Shown here piece by piece: positions 1 through 7,248 of a stretch of DNA of 13,407 bases (position 1 is its first letter; each line of letters starts with the position of its first letter). The stretch is taken from positions 1 through 13,407 of the IMG/VR virus record IMGVR_UViG_2537562172_000003; one strand, 5' to 3'. This DNA comes from a virus (Duplodnaviria > Heunggongvirae > Uroviricota > Caudoviricetes). Position numbers and translations under genes: made by a program. The notes beneath the pieces are model-generated. The model did not search any database, had not been told where the DNA came from, and saw nothing but the letters and a program-made list of their open reading frames with translations.

Positions 1-1284
1 TTACTTCTTCGCCTCTGCAACCACTTTACTACCCACGCCGCGGTTATTGTATTCCCACATGCGGTTGTAGTTAGTGTCATTCAGATTGCGCTGTATTTCG
101 TCGTTATCATCTACGCTGCCGGTATTACCCGCAAACGGACGATTAGAGATCACCGCATCGGCCCACGGTTTAGCCGTGTTAAAACCTTCGTTGATGGCGC
201 TATCACGGATCACCACCTGACCGTTGGTATTGGCATCAACATCCAGCGAGCGGCCCAGTTGCGCCACACCATCACCGAAAGCATTGAAACGGCTGTTTAC
301 GGCGAGGAAACCGTAGTAAATGTTGGACAGCGTAGCCGGTGCAAACACATACGCTTCTTGCTGAGTACGTGAGTTCACCACGCGGAATTCGGTGTTATCG
401 AACACCACTGCGCCGCGACCAGAAACGATATCCACATCCCCTTCAATGTAGCTGTTGGTCACCAGCGTACGCGGCTGACGATTTGTTTCCAGACGGTTCT
501 GCACACCGCTGTTGGTGACAAAGAAGGTGTTCTGACGACCGAGAATGTTAACGTTGTTAATCTGTACCTGGTCACCATCAGTACGCAGTGCCACCGCCGG
601 ATGGTTACCTGCATCTACGCTATCGCCCAGCGTGTTTTCGATGGTCAGATTTTGCAGTTGCAGGCCATTGTTTTGTGACCAGAAGACCGCAGAGCAGAGA
701 ACACCGATACTGTCGCTGCGTTTGCTCTGGCAGCTATCGTACATATACCACGCTGGTTTACCTGGCATATATTTGCCGCGCGGGTTGACGTCGTGACGCC
801 AGTCGGCAGGGCTCATGCCACCATCAAGGGAAAGCCCAATCTTCACATCAATCGGTTTTTCACCTGTACCGTACAGAGTAATTCCACCCGGAGCGGCAGG
901 GACATATACCGTTCCCTGATACTCACCAGGCATCACGGCAATATACTGGCGCTTGTTGGTACGCTTGATAATTGCCGCATCTACCGCCGCCTGAATCGTG
1001 GTATGCGTTACACCTTGAGTGCCCGCCGGGCCGACAACAAAGTCAGGTTGCGCAGGCAGGGTAATCGGGGAAGGATTCCACGCTGCAGCACCTGGTGTCA
1101 GGGATGCAAAATAGTGTTGAGCATCGAAATTCTGCGCTTCTTTTGCCGACAGAATCGGGCGAGAAGAGGTACCAGGCGCGGTTTGATCAGAAGGACGTTG
1201 ATCGGGCGGGGTTGAGCTACAGGCGGTCAGCGTCACGCCAAAAGCCAATGCCAGCGCCAGACGGGAAACTGAAAATGTGTTCAC
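1..1284 (-). CDS. ybhC: YbhC-type lipoprotein (pectinesterase-like fold; annotated in E. coli as putative acyl-CoA thioesterase); host gene flanking att-lambda
   Basis: Complete 427-aa ORF, TAA stop at 1-3, GTG start at 1282-1284 preceded by GGAG. N-terminus MNTFSVSRLALALAFGVTLTACSS is a lipoprotein signal with lipobox LTAC. Sequence recognised from memory as E. coli YbhC, whose gene neighbours attB-lambda. Confidence 0.85.
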   Translation of the reverse strand: MNTFSVSRLALALAFGVTLTACSSTPPDQRPSDQTAPGTSSRPILSAKEAQNFDAQHYFASLTPGAAAWNPSPITLPAQPDFVVGPAGTQGVTHTTIQAAVDAAIIKRTNKRQYIAVMPGEYQGTVYVPAAPGGITLYGTGEKPIDVKIGLSLDGGMSPADWRHDVNPRGKYMPGKPAWYMYDSCQSKRSDSIGVLCSAVFWSQNNGLQLQNLTIENTLGDSVDAGNHPAVALRTDGDQVQINNVNILGRQNTFFVTNSGVQNRLETNRQPRTLVTNSYIEGDVDIVSGRGAVVFDNTEFRVVNSRTQQEAYVFAPATLSNIYYGFLAVNSRFNAFGDGVAQLGRSLDVDANTNGQVVIRDSAINEGFNTAKPWADAVISNRPFAGNTGSVDDNDEIQRNLNDTNYNRMWEYNNRGVGSKVVAEAKK

Positions 1285-1330
1285 AGGTTGCTCCGGGCTA
1301 TGAAATAGAAAAATGAATCCGTTGAAGCCT

Positions 1331-1422
1331 GCTTTTTTATACTAAGTTGGCATTATAAAAAAGCATTGCTTATCAATTTGTTGCAACGAACAGGTCACTA
1401 TCAGTCAAAATAAAATCATTAT
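1331..1422. other. attL: Lambda-type attL (B-O-P'): 15-bp core plus P' arm
   Basis: Exact lambda core GCTTTTTTATACTAA at 1331-1345. P' arm follows: IHF H'-like TATCAATTTGTTG at 1371-1383, Int arm-type sites AGGTCACTAT (1393-1402), CAGTCAAAAT (1402-1411), AAAATCATTAT (1412-1422) overlapping the int stop codon. Bacterial flank TGAAGCCT precedes the core. Confidence 0.88.
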
Positions 1423-2489
1423 TTGATTTCAATTTTGTCCCACTCCCTGCCTCTGTCATCACGATACTGTGATGCCATGGTGTCCGACTTATGCCCGAGA
1501 AGATGTTGAGCAAACTTATCGCTTATCTGCTTCTCATAGAGTCTTGCAGACAAACTGCGCAACTCGTGAAAGGTAGGCGGATCCCCTTCGAAGGAAAGAC
1601 CTGATGCTTTTCGTGCGCGCATAAAATACCTTGATACTGTGCCGGATGAAAGCGGTTCACGACGAGTAGATGCAATTATGGTTTCTCCGCCAAGAATCTC
1701 TTTGCATTTATCAAGTGTTTCCTTCATTGATATCCCGAGAGCATCAACATGCAATGTTGTTGGGATGGCAATTTTTACGCCTGTTTTGCTTTGCTCGACA
1801 TAAAGATATCCATCTACGATATCAGACCACTTCATTTCGCATAAATCACCAACTCGTTGCCCGGTAACAACAGCCAGTTCCATTGCAAGTCTGAGCCAAC
1901 ATGGTGATGATTCTGCTGCTTGATAAATTTTCAGGTATTCGTCAGCCGTAAGTCTTGATCTCCTTACCTCTGATTTTGCTGCGCGAGTGGCAGCGACAGG
2001 GTTTGTTGTTATATGGCCTTCAGCTATTGCCTCTCGGAATGCATCGCTCAGTGTTGATCTGATTAACTTGGCTGACGCCGCCTTGCCCTCGTCTATGTAT
2101 CCATTGAGCATTGCCGCAATTTCTTTTGTGGTGATGTCTTCAAGTGGAGCATCAGGCAGACCCCTCCTTATTGCTTTAATTTTGCTCATGTAATTTATGA
2201 GTGTCTTCTGCTTGATTCCTCTGCTGGCCAGGATTTTTTCGTAGCGATCAAGCCATGAATGTAACGTAACGGAATTATCACTGTTGATTCTCGCTGTCAG
2301 AGGCTTGTGTTTGTGTCCTGAAAATAACTCAATGTTGGCCTGTATGGCTTCAGTGATTGCGATTCGCCTGTCTCTGCCTAATCCAAACTCTTTACCCGTC
2401 CTTGGGTCCCTGTAGCAGTAATATCCATTGTTTCTTATATAAAGGTTAGGGGGTAAATCCCGGCGCTCATGACTTCGCCTTCTTCCCAT
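1419..2489 (-). CDS. int: Lambda integrase (tyrosine recombinase), 356 aa
   Basis: ORF translation matches lambda Int essentially along its whole length as remembered (MGRRRSHERRDLPPNLYIRNNGYY ... DDRGREWDKIEIK); overlaps xis 3' end as in lambda; adjacent to the P' arm. Confidence 0.96.
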   Translation of the reverse strand: MGRRRSHERRDLPPNLYIRNNGYYCYRDPRTGKEFGLGRDRRIAITEAIQANIELFSGHKHKPLTARINSDNSVTLHSWLDRYEKILASRGIKQKTLINYMSKIKAIRRGLPDAPLEDITTKEIAAMLNGYIDEGKAASAKLIRSTLSDAFREAIAEGHITTNPVAATRAAKSEVRRSRLTADEYLKIYQAAESSPCWLRLAMELAVVTGQRVGDLCEMKWSDIVDGYLYVEQSKTGVKIAIPTTLHVDALGISMKETLDKCKEILGGETIIASTRREPLSSGTVSRYFMRARKASGLSFEGDPPTFHELRSLSARLYEKQISDKFAQHLLGHKSDTMASQYRDDRGREWDKIEIK

Positions 2490-2685
2490 TTCTGATCCTC
2501 TTCAAAAGGCTACCTGTTACTGGTCGATTTAAGTCAACCTTTACCGCTGATTCGTGGAACAGATACTCTCTTCCATCCTTAACCGGAGGAGGGAATATCC
2601 TGCACTCGCGTACCCATCGACGAACTGTTTCAAGGCTTCTTGGGCGTCGCTGGCGTGCGTTCCACTCCTGAAGTGTCAAGTACAT
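2467..2685 (-). CDS. xis: Lambda excisionase, 72 aa
   Basis: Translation MYLTLQEWNARQRRPRSLETVRRWVRECRIFPPPVKDGREYLFHESAVKVDLNRPVTGSLLKRIRNGKKAKS matches lambda Xis; 23-nt overlap with int. Confidence 0.96.
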   Translation of the reverse strand: MYLTLQEWNARQRRPRSLETVRRWVRECRIFPPPVKDGREYLFHESAVKVDLNRPVTGSLLKRIRNGKKAKS

Positions 2686-2711
2686 CGCAAAGTCTCCGCA
2701 ATTACACGCAA

Positions 2712-2733
2712 GAAAAAACCGCCATCAGGCGGC
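2712..2733 (-). terminator. Putative intrinsic terminator between the 55-aa ORF and xis
   Basis: Minus-strand hairpin CCGCC-TGAT-GGCGG (plus coordinates 2719-2732) followed by a T6 run (A-run 2713-2718 on the plus strand). Confidence 0.4.
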
Positions 2734-2892
2734 TTGGTGTTCTTTCAGTTCTTCAATTCGAATATTGGTTACGTCTGCATGTGCTATCTGCGCCCACAGC
2801 ATCCAGTGGTCATAGCAGTCGCTGATGTTCTCGGCTTCGATAACTCTGTTGAATGGTTCTCCATTCCATTCACCTGTGACTCGGAAGTGCAT
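2725..2892 (-). CDS. Small 55-aa hypothetical protein upstream of xis (probably the lambda orf55 equivalent)
   Basis: Not in the ORF track (under 60 aa). Minus-strand ATG at 2890-2892 preceded by GGAG; translation MHFRVTGEWNGEPFNRVIEAENISDCYDHWMLWAQIAHADVTNIRIEELKEHQAA; stop at 2725-2727. The 39-nt gap to xis matches what I recall for a 55-aa ORF in lambda, from memory only. Confidence 0.5.
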   Translation of the reverse strand: MHFRVTGEWNGEPFNRVIEAENISDCYDHWMLWAQIAHADVTNIRIEELKEHQAA

Positions 2893-2904
2893 TTATCATC
2901 TCCA

Positions 2905-2929
2905 TAAAAAAAACTCGCCGTAGCGAGTT
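2905..2929 (-). terminator. Putative intrinsic terminator
   Basis: Minus-strand hairpin AACTCGC-TACG-GCGAGTT (plus 2912-2929) followed by a T7-8 run. Confidence 0.4.
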
Positions 2930-3088
2930 CAGATAAAAGAAATCCCCGCGAGTGCGAGGATAGTTATTCATTGTCGATATTTACATTTATTTCGAATATC
3001 TTTACTGGGTAATCGCCAAAGTCATATATTTTTTATTCTGTTTTATAAGCACTACCAAGTACTGCTTATTACAAATAAGAAAAGGCTG

Positions 3089-3118
3089 AAAAAAATATTT
3101 AAGGCCACAACTGTGGCC
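3089..3118 (-). terminator. Putative intrinsic terminator downstream of the DUF1311-like gene
   Basis: Perfect 6-bp stem GGCCAC/GTGGCC with 4-nt loop (3103-3118) just after the stop at 3129, followed on the minus strand by a T-rich run (plus-strand A-run 3089-3097). Confidence 0.45.
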
Positions 3119-3128
3119 CTAAATTTAC

Positions 3129-3827
3129 TTACGGCACTGCGTTAATCAGATTACAAATACCTCTTTTGGCAGGGTCTGAATTCAACTTCTGAAAATTGGC
3201 GTTCAACATAGCCGTGTGTAAGTGATTCTCAACCTCAAAGAATAGGTCGATTTTGCCCTCTTTGGCTGCCTGTTTCTTCCAAATATTCACTTGGTCATCA
3301 GCAATACGACTAGCGCAAGTGAACAAGAACGAACTGCCTCTAGGAATGGATGTCGTGCTGTAATACTCACCATCTACTTCTACATATTTAGCTCGGAATG
3401 ACTCTAAGGTTAGCTTATTGCCGTTCTTGACCGACTTAGCTTCTGCCTTACTTGTATCTTCCTGCTCTTTAGAATGTTTCTGCGCCGACGTGGGTATGTC
3501 ATTGGCCGCTGTTACGCTGACTGAACTCCCCAAACCTTTGAGGCCATTAATTTGGATAAGATAAGCCAGCTCCAGAGCCTTATTATCAGTGAGTTTTCCA
3601 CGCATATTTACCCACTGACGTTGAACCATTTTTAGGGTGTCTGCGTTCTCTGGGTTTCCTTTGAGGGCACTAGAATAGGCAGAGCTAAGCTGTTCGTCTA
3701 ATTTTGACAGACGTTCGTTCTCGCAGATTTTATGTTCGATTGCTGTCGAAGCCTTTTGGCAGTCAAAGCTGGCTGCAAATGCACCCGGCGATGCCACTAA
3801 CAATGATGCCAGTAGGATATTTTTCAT
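3129..3827 (-). CDS. Secreted protein with an N-terminal DUF1311 (LprI-like lysozyme-inhibitor) type domain, 232 aa; non-lambda cargo
   Basis: ORF 3129-3854; preferred start is ATG at 3825-3827 (MKNILLASLLVASPGAFA, signal peptide with AFA-A cleavage motif) preceded by GGAG. Mature N-terminus SFDCQKASTAIEHKICENERLSKLDEQLSSAYSSAL resembles the conserved Cys-containing DUF1311 motif, assigned from memory. Not a lambda gene. Confidence 0.7.
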   Translation of the reverse strand: MKNILLASLLVASPGAFAASFDCQKASTAIEHKICENERLSKLDEQLSSAYSSALKGNPENADTLKMVQRQWVNMRGKLTDNKALELAYLIQINGLKGLGSSVSVTAANDIPTSAQKHSKEQEDTSKAEAKSVKNGNKLTLESFRAKYVEVDGEYYSTTSIPRGSSFLFTCASRIADDQVNIWKKQAAKEGKIDLFFEVENHLHTAMLNANFQKLNSDPAKRGICNLINAVP

Positions 3828-3957
3828 ATTCACTCCATAAATACAAAAGCGCATTACTATAGCACTTAACCGATCGCTTATCTCGCCCGTTCGTCATTCT
3901 TATCTAACCAGAACATGCGACTGCCACAGCACATGTCGAGGATTGCTGCATGTCCAG

Positions 3958-4371
3958 TCACTGGTTGCCTCCTTTGCGAAGCTGGGCGGCTAACTCATCA
4001 CATATGTGCGTCAAAGAGCAAAGTTTGATTGATGGATGTTCGCGCATCATCTCCACCCCCTGCGCCCGTACTTCAGCCAGGAAAGCATCGGTGGCTGGCA
4101 TATTTCCTGTTGCCTTCATGGCCTCCAAAATAACCAGAACACCATCTCTCCCAATCTCCTCGCAGATAACCTCGGTGCTGTCGCCAACAACATCGCAGAA
4201 TTCCTGAACTGCTTTACGAGCCAGCTCATTCTCCGCCGCCAGCGCCGAAAACTTCTCGTGTGCCAACTTAACAGCTGCATCAGCCTGCTTAATTGACTCA
4301 GTCGCTTTCTGGTGGTCTTCGGCCAGCCCTGCTAAATCAGCCTCCAGTTCGGCTACGGGACCAGCCATCAA
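3958..4371 (-). CDS. Hypothetical 137-aa protein (coiled-coil-rich N-terminus), possibly a remnant or fusion at the substitution junction
   Basis: Longest ORF in this segment and in the same orientation as the operon. Its first codons lie inside the bet remnant in another frame, so the true start is uncertain. No motif recognised. Confidence 0.35.
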   Translation of the reverse strand: MMAGPVAELEADLAGLAEDHQKATESIKQADAAVKLAHEKFSALAAENELARKAVQEFCDVVGDSTEVICEEIGRDGVLVILEAMKATGNMPATDAFLAEVRAQGVEMMREHPSIKLCSLTHICDELAAQLRKGGNQ

Positions 4372-4606
4372 CGCCCACCACCGGAACGATGCCGTTCTGC
4401 TTATCAGGGAAGGCGTAAATTTCTTTCGTCCACGGATTAAGGCCGTACTGGTTGGCGACGATCAACAATGCGATGAACTGCGCATCGCTGGCATCACCTT
4501 TAAATGCCGTCTGGCGAAGAGTGGTGATCAGTTCCTGTGGGTCGACAGAATCCATGCCGACACGTTCAGCCAGCTTCCCAGCCAGCGTTGCGAGTGCTGT
4601 ACTCAT
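4337..4606 (-). pseudogene. bet: Truncated lambda bet (Red-beta): first ~84 codons, then 5 unrelated codons and a stop
   Basis: Translation MSTALATLAGKLAERVGMDSVDPQELITTLRQTAFKGDASDAQFIALLIVANQYGLNPWTKEIYAFPDKQNGIVPVVGVDGWSR matches the lambda Bet N-terminus, then diverges (SRTGG-stop); lambda Bet is 261 aa. exo is absent. Confidence 0.88.
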
Positions 4607-4611
4607 CCGTT

Positions 4612-5028
4612 TTATACCTCTGAATCAATATCAACCTGATGGTGAGCAATGGTTTCAACCATGTACCGGATGTGTTCTGCCATGCGCTCCTGAAACTCAA
4701 CATCGTCATCAAACGCACGGGTAATGGCTTTTTTGCTGGCCCCGTGGCGTTGCAAATGATCGATGCATAGCGATTCAAACAGGTGCTGGGGCAGGCCTTT
4801 TTCCATGTCGTCTGCCAGTTCTGCCTCTTTCTCTTCACGGGCGATCTGCTGGTAGTGACGCGCCCAGCTCTGAGCCTCAAGACGATCCTGAATGTAATAA
4901 GCGTTCATGGCTGAACTCCTGAAATAGCTGTGAAAATATCGTCCGCGAAATGCCGGGCTGATTAGAAAAACAGGGAAGGGGGGTAGTGAATGCTTTTGCT
5001 TGATCTCAGTTTCAGTATTAATATCCAT
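4612..5028 (-). CDS. gam: Lambda Gam (RecBCD inhibitor), 138 aa
   Basis: Translation matches lambda Gam ([15 protein letters not shown]...[10 protein letters not shown]) with a few substitutions relative to my recollection (e.g. SLPPFPV here vs SLTPFPV). Confidence 0.95.
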   Translation of the reverse strand: MDINTETEIKQKHSLPPFPVFLISPAFRGRYFHSYFRSSAMNAYYIQDRLEAQSWARHYQQIAREEKEAELADDMEKGLPQHLFESLCIDHLQRHGASKKAITRAFDDDVEFQERMAEHIRYMVETIAHHQVDIDSEV

Positions 5029-5126
5029 TTTTTATAAGCGTCGACGGCCTCACGAAACATCTTTTCATCGCCAATAAAAGTGGCGATAGTGAATTTAGTC
5101 TGGATAGCCATAAGTGTTTGATCCAT
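4962..5126 (-). CDS. kil: Lambda Kil (FtsZ-inhibiting host-killing protein), here 54 aa (about 47 aa in lambda as I recall)
   Basis: Start [47 protein letters not shown] at 5124-5126, overlapping the cIII 3' end and the gam 5' end as in lambda. The ORF runs 7 codons further (YPPSLFF) than the remembered lambda stop. Confidence 0.7.
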   Translation of the reverse strand: MDQTLMAIQTKFTIATFIGDEKMFREAVDAYKKWILILKLRSSKSIHYPPSLFF

Positions 5127-5259
5127 TTTTTGGGACTCCTGGCTGATTAAGTATGTCGATAAGGCGTTTCCATCCGTCACGTAATTTACGGGTGATTCGT
5201 TCAAGTAAAGATTCGGAAGGGCAGCCAGCAACAGGCCACCCTGCAATGGCATATTGCAT
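5095..5259 (-). CDS. cIII: Lambda CIII (FtsH/HflB inhibitor), 54 aa
   Basis: Not in the ORF track (under 60 aa). Minus-strand translation from ATG 5257-5259: [54 protein letters not shown], matching lambda CIII; preceded by TAAGGAG. Confidence 0.92.
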   Translation of the reverse strand: MQYAIAGWPVAGCPSESLLERITRKLRDGWKRLIDILNQPGVPKNGSNTYGYPD

Positions 5260-5331
5260 GGTGTGCTCCTTATTTATACATAACGAAAAACGCCTCGAGT
5301 GAAGCGTTATTGGTATGCGGTAACGCCGCGC

Positions 5332-5700
5332 TCAGGCGGCTTTGATAGTCATATCATCTGGATCAAATATTCCTGATGTATCGATATCGGTAATTCTTAT
5401 TCCTTCGCTACCATCCATTGGAGGCCATCCTTCCTGACCATTTCCATCATTCCAGTCGAACTCACACACAACACCATATGCATTTAAGTCGCTTGAAATT
5501 GCTATAAGCAGAGCATGTTGCGCCAGCATGATTAATACAGCATTTAATACAGAGCCGTGTTTATTGAGTCGGTATTCAGAGTCTGACCAGAAATTATTAA
5601 TCTGGTAAAGTTTTTCCTCTGTCATTACGTCATGGTCGATTTCAATTTCTATTGATGCTTTCCAGTCGTAATCAATGATGTATTTTTTGATGTTTGACAT
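5332..5700 (-). CDS. ea10: Lambda Ea10-like early protein, 122 aa
   Basis: 122-aa ORF 72 nt upstream of cIII, the same size and spacing as lambda ea10 as I remember it; SD GAGGA upstream of the ATG. Acidic C-terminus. Confidence 0.7.
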   Translation of the reverse strand: MSNIKKYIIDYDWKASIEIEIDHDVMTEEKLYQINNFWSDSEYRLNKHGSVLNAVLIMLAQHALLIAISSDLNAYGVVCEFDWNDGNGQEGWPPMDGSEGIRITDIDTSGIFDPDDMTIKAA

Positions 5701-5719
5701 CTATTCATATCCTCACAGA

Positions 5720-5746
5720 TAAAAAATCGCCCTCATACTGGAGGGC
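5720..5746 (-). terminator. Putative hairpin/terminator upstream of ea10
   Basis: Minus-strand stem GCCCTC-CAGTAT-GAGGGC (plus 5729-5746) followed by GATTTTTT. Confidence 0.35.
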
Positions 5747-5861
5747 AAAGAAGATTTCCAATAATCAGAACAAGTCGACTCCTGTTTAGTTACGAGCGAC
5801 ATTGCTCCGTGTATTCACTCGTTGGAATGAATACACAGTGCAGTGTTTATTCTGTTGTTTG

Positions 5862-5889
5862 CGTGAAAATGAAACCCGCCTGAGCGGGT
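5862..5889 (-). terminator. Putative intrinsic terminator downstream of the orphan 289-aa gene
   Basis: Minus-strand stem ACCCGC-TCAG-GCGGGT (plus 5874-5889) followed by TTTCATTTT; overlaps the stop codon at 5889-5891. Confidence 0.45.
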
Positions 5890-6758
5890 TATGACCACTT
5901 TTTGTTTGGATTTCGTTGGTGAGCGTGGTTTACAGGATTATTTGATATACCCCATAACTCTGACTCGCTTATCTCTACACGAGAGAAAGACCTGCTTTCT
6001 TTCAGTTCTTTTATAAACCTAGAACCTACGATGACATCTATTGTCCCAGAAAGTTCTTGTAAAAGATCTTTGTTTTTTCTGAGGAAGAAAACATCTTCTT
6101 TATATTTAATTTTTACATAGAATTTATTCTGTATTTTTAATATATCAAAGCATGGCAGATATCTATATCCCTCATGCTTTCGCCACTGCTTAACAATTAT
6201 AACATCTCTTTCATTTACTGCATTAATCAGCCCAAGACCAAGTATAGGTATGAATATTCTATTGTCTGCCGAAAGCGTACAATTATTACCACCAGGCAAA
6301 TATGTATAAATCATGTCGGAATTTTTATACGCATCAACGAATGCACGTAAGAATCGTACATATTTTTGCCATCCGTTTATACCAAATTTACCATATAAGT
6401 ATTCTTTATTTGTTAGAAGAAAACTATTTGTATCAGGAGCCTTATCTACAGACCTGTCGATAAGATCTCCAACTACGTTTACAAAGTCAAAGACAGAGTT
6501 TAATAAGAACAATTGTCTTTCAGTCGGGCGAATTTCAATTATGTAGCCTGGATGAAGACGATATTGCATCTGCTTACGAAGTATGCTGAACGCTTGGGTC
6601 CGGGCATCTGAAAGCAACTTCCTGTCGCCATCGCCGTGAGCATTGTTTCTAATAAAACTGATATAATTTGCTAATTTTTCAGCCTCTTTTTTGTGTTTTT
6701 TTCGCTCTGATGCTGAGTCTATTGGTTTTGGTATGGACTTGTAATCAATTTTCTTCAT
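5889..6758 (-). CDS. Orphan AT-rich protein of unknown function (289 aa from ATG 6758; 293 aa from ATG 6770), in the ral-sieB slot; candidate superinfection-exclusion or abortive-infection factor
   Basis: Uninterrupted 294-codon ORF; visibly AT-rich compared with flanking lambda genes. First ATG (6768-6770) overlaps the N stop codon (ATGA); second ATG (6756-6758) has a well-spaced GAGG SD. Lys-rich N-terminus; no Walker, HTH or catalytic motif recognised. Not a lambda gene. Confidence 0.75.
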   Translation of the reverse strand: MKKIDYKSIPKPIDSASERKKHKKEAEKLANYISFIRNNAHGDGDRKLLSDARTQAFSILRKQMQYRLHPGYIIEIRPTERQLFLLNSVFDFVNVVGDLIDRSVDKAPDTNSFLLTNKEYLYGKFGINGWQKYVRFLRAFVDAYKNSDMIYTYLPGGNNCTLSADNRIFIPILGLGLINAVNERDVIIVKQWRKHEGYRYLPCFDILKIQNKFYVKIKYKEDVFFLRKNKDLLQELSGTIDVIVGSRFIKELKESRSFSRVEISESELWGISNNPVNHAHQRNPNKKWS

Positions 6759-6766
6759 TACGTACC

Positions 6767-7090
6767 TCATGCCAATGGAATGGATTTCCCTTTAACCTTT
6801 TGTCTTCCTTGACAAGTTATACCGAACTCACTTGGCTTGCTATACCAAACTCGATGATTCTTGCGCTCAATACGTTGCAGGTTGCTTTCAATCTGTTCGT
6901 GGTATTCAGCCAGCACCGTAAGGTCTATCGGATTCAGTGCGCTTTCTACTCGTGATTTCGGTTTGCGATTCAGCGAGAGAATAGGGCGGTTAACTGGTTT
7001 TGCGCTTACCCCAACCAACAGGGGATTTGCTGCTTTCCATTGAGCCTGTTTCTCTGCGCGACGTTCGCGGCGGCGTGTTTGTGCATCCAT
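6767..7090 (-). CDS. N: Lambda N antiterminator, 107 aa
   Basis: Translation from MDAQTRRRERRAEKQAQWKAANPLLVGVSAKPVNRPILSLNRKPKSRVESALNPIDLTVLAEYH... matches lambda N (arginine-rich motif at the N-terminus). The track ORF extends 26 codons upstream into the leader. Confidence 0.93.
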   Translation of the reverse strand: MDAQTRRRERRAEKQAQWKAANPLLVGVSAKPVNRPILSLNRKPKSRVESALNPIDLTVLAEYHEQIESNLQRIERKNHRVWYSKPSEFGITCQGRQKVKGKSIPLA

Positions 7091-7248
7091 CTGGATTCTC
7101 TTGTCAGTTAGCTTTGGTGGTGTGTGTGAGTCGTAGTCCTGAACGAAAACACCCCACGATTGGCTCATTTGCAGCTAATCCGGATTCGCACTTCCGGCCA
7201 ATGCTTCGTTTCGTATCACACACCCCAAAGCCTTCTGCTTTGAATGCT

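Noticed and set aside
545-1316. Plus-strand ORFs 545-796, 588-788, 793-1215, 1095-1316
   Set aside because: All lie antisense inside the well-supported ybhC coding region; no independent support.
1670-2193. Plus-strand ORFs 1670-1867 and 1987-2193
   Set aside because: Antisense within lambda int; lambda has no genes there.
2554-2907. Plus-strand ORFs 2554-2907 and 2640-2825
   Set aside because: Antisense to xis and to the 55-aa ORF; they span terminator hairpins and lack a plausible RBS.
3950-4296. Plus-strand ORFs 3950-4207 and 4036-4296
   Set aside because: Opposite strand to the 137-aa ORF and to the operon direction; likely frame artifacts in GC-moderate DNA. The minus-strand ORF is itself only low confidence.
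4452-4880. ORFs 4452-4724 (+) and 4566-4880 (-)
   Set aside because: Alternative-frame or antisense overlaps of the confidently identified bet remnant and gam.
4962-5252. Upstream part of the 96-aa track ORF (MPLQGG...) before the kil start
   Set aside because: It is the cIII coding region read in another frame; kil starts at MDQTL (5126) as in lambda.
7091-7168. 26-codon N-terminal extension of the N ORF (MSQSWGVFVQ...)
   Set aside because: The characterised N protein starts at MDAQTRRRERR (107 aa); the extension is leader sequence in frame.
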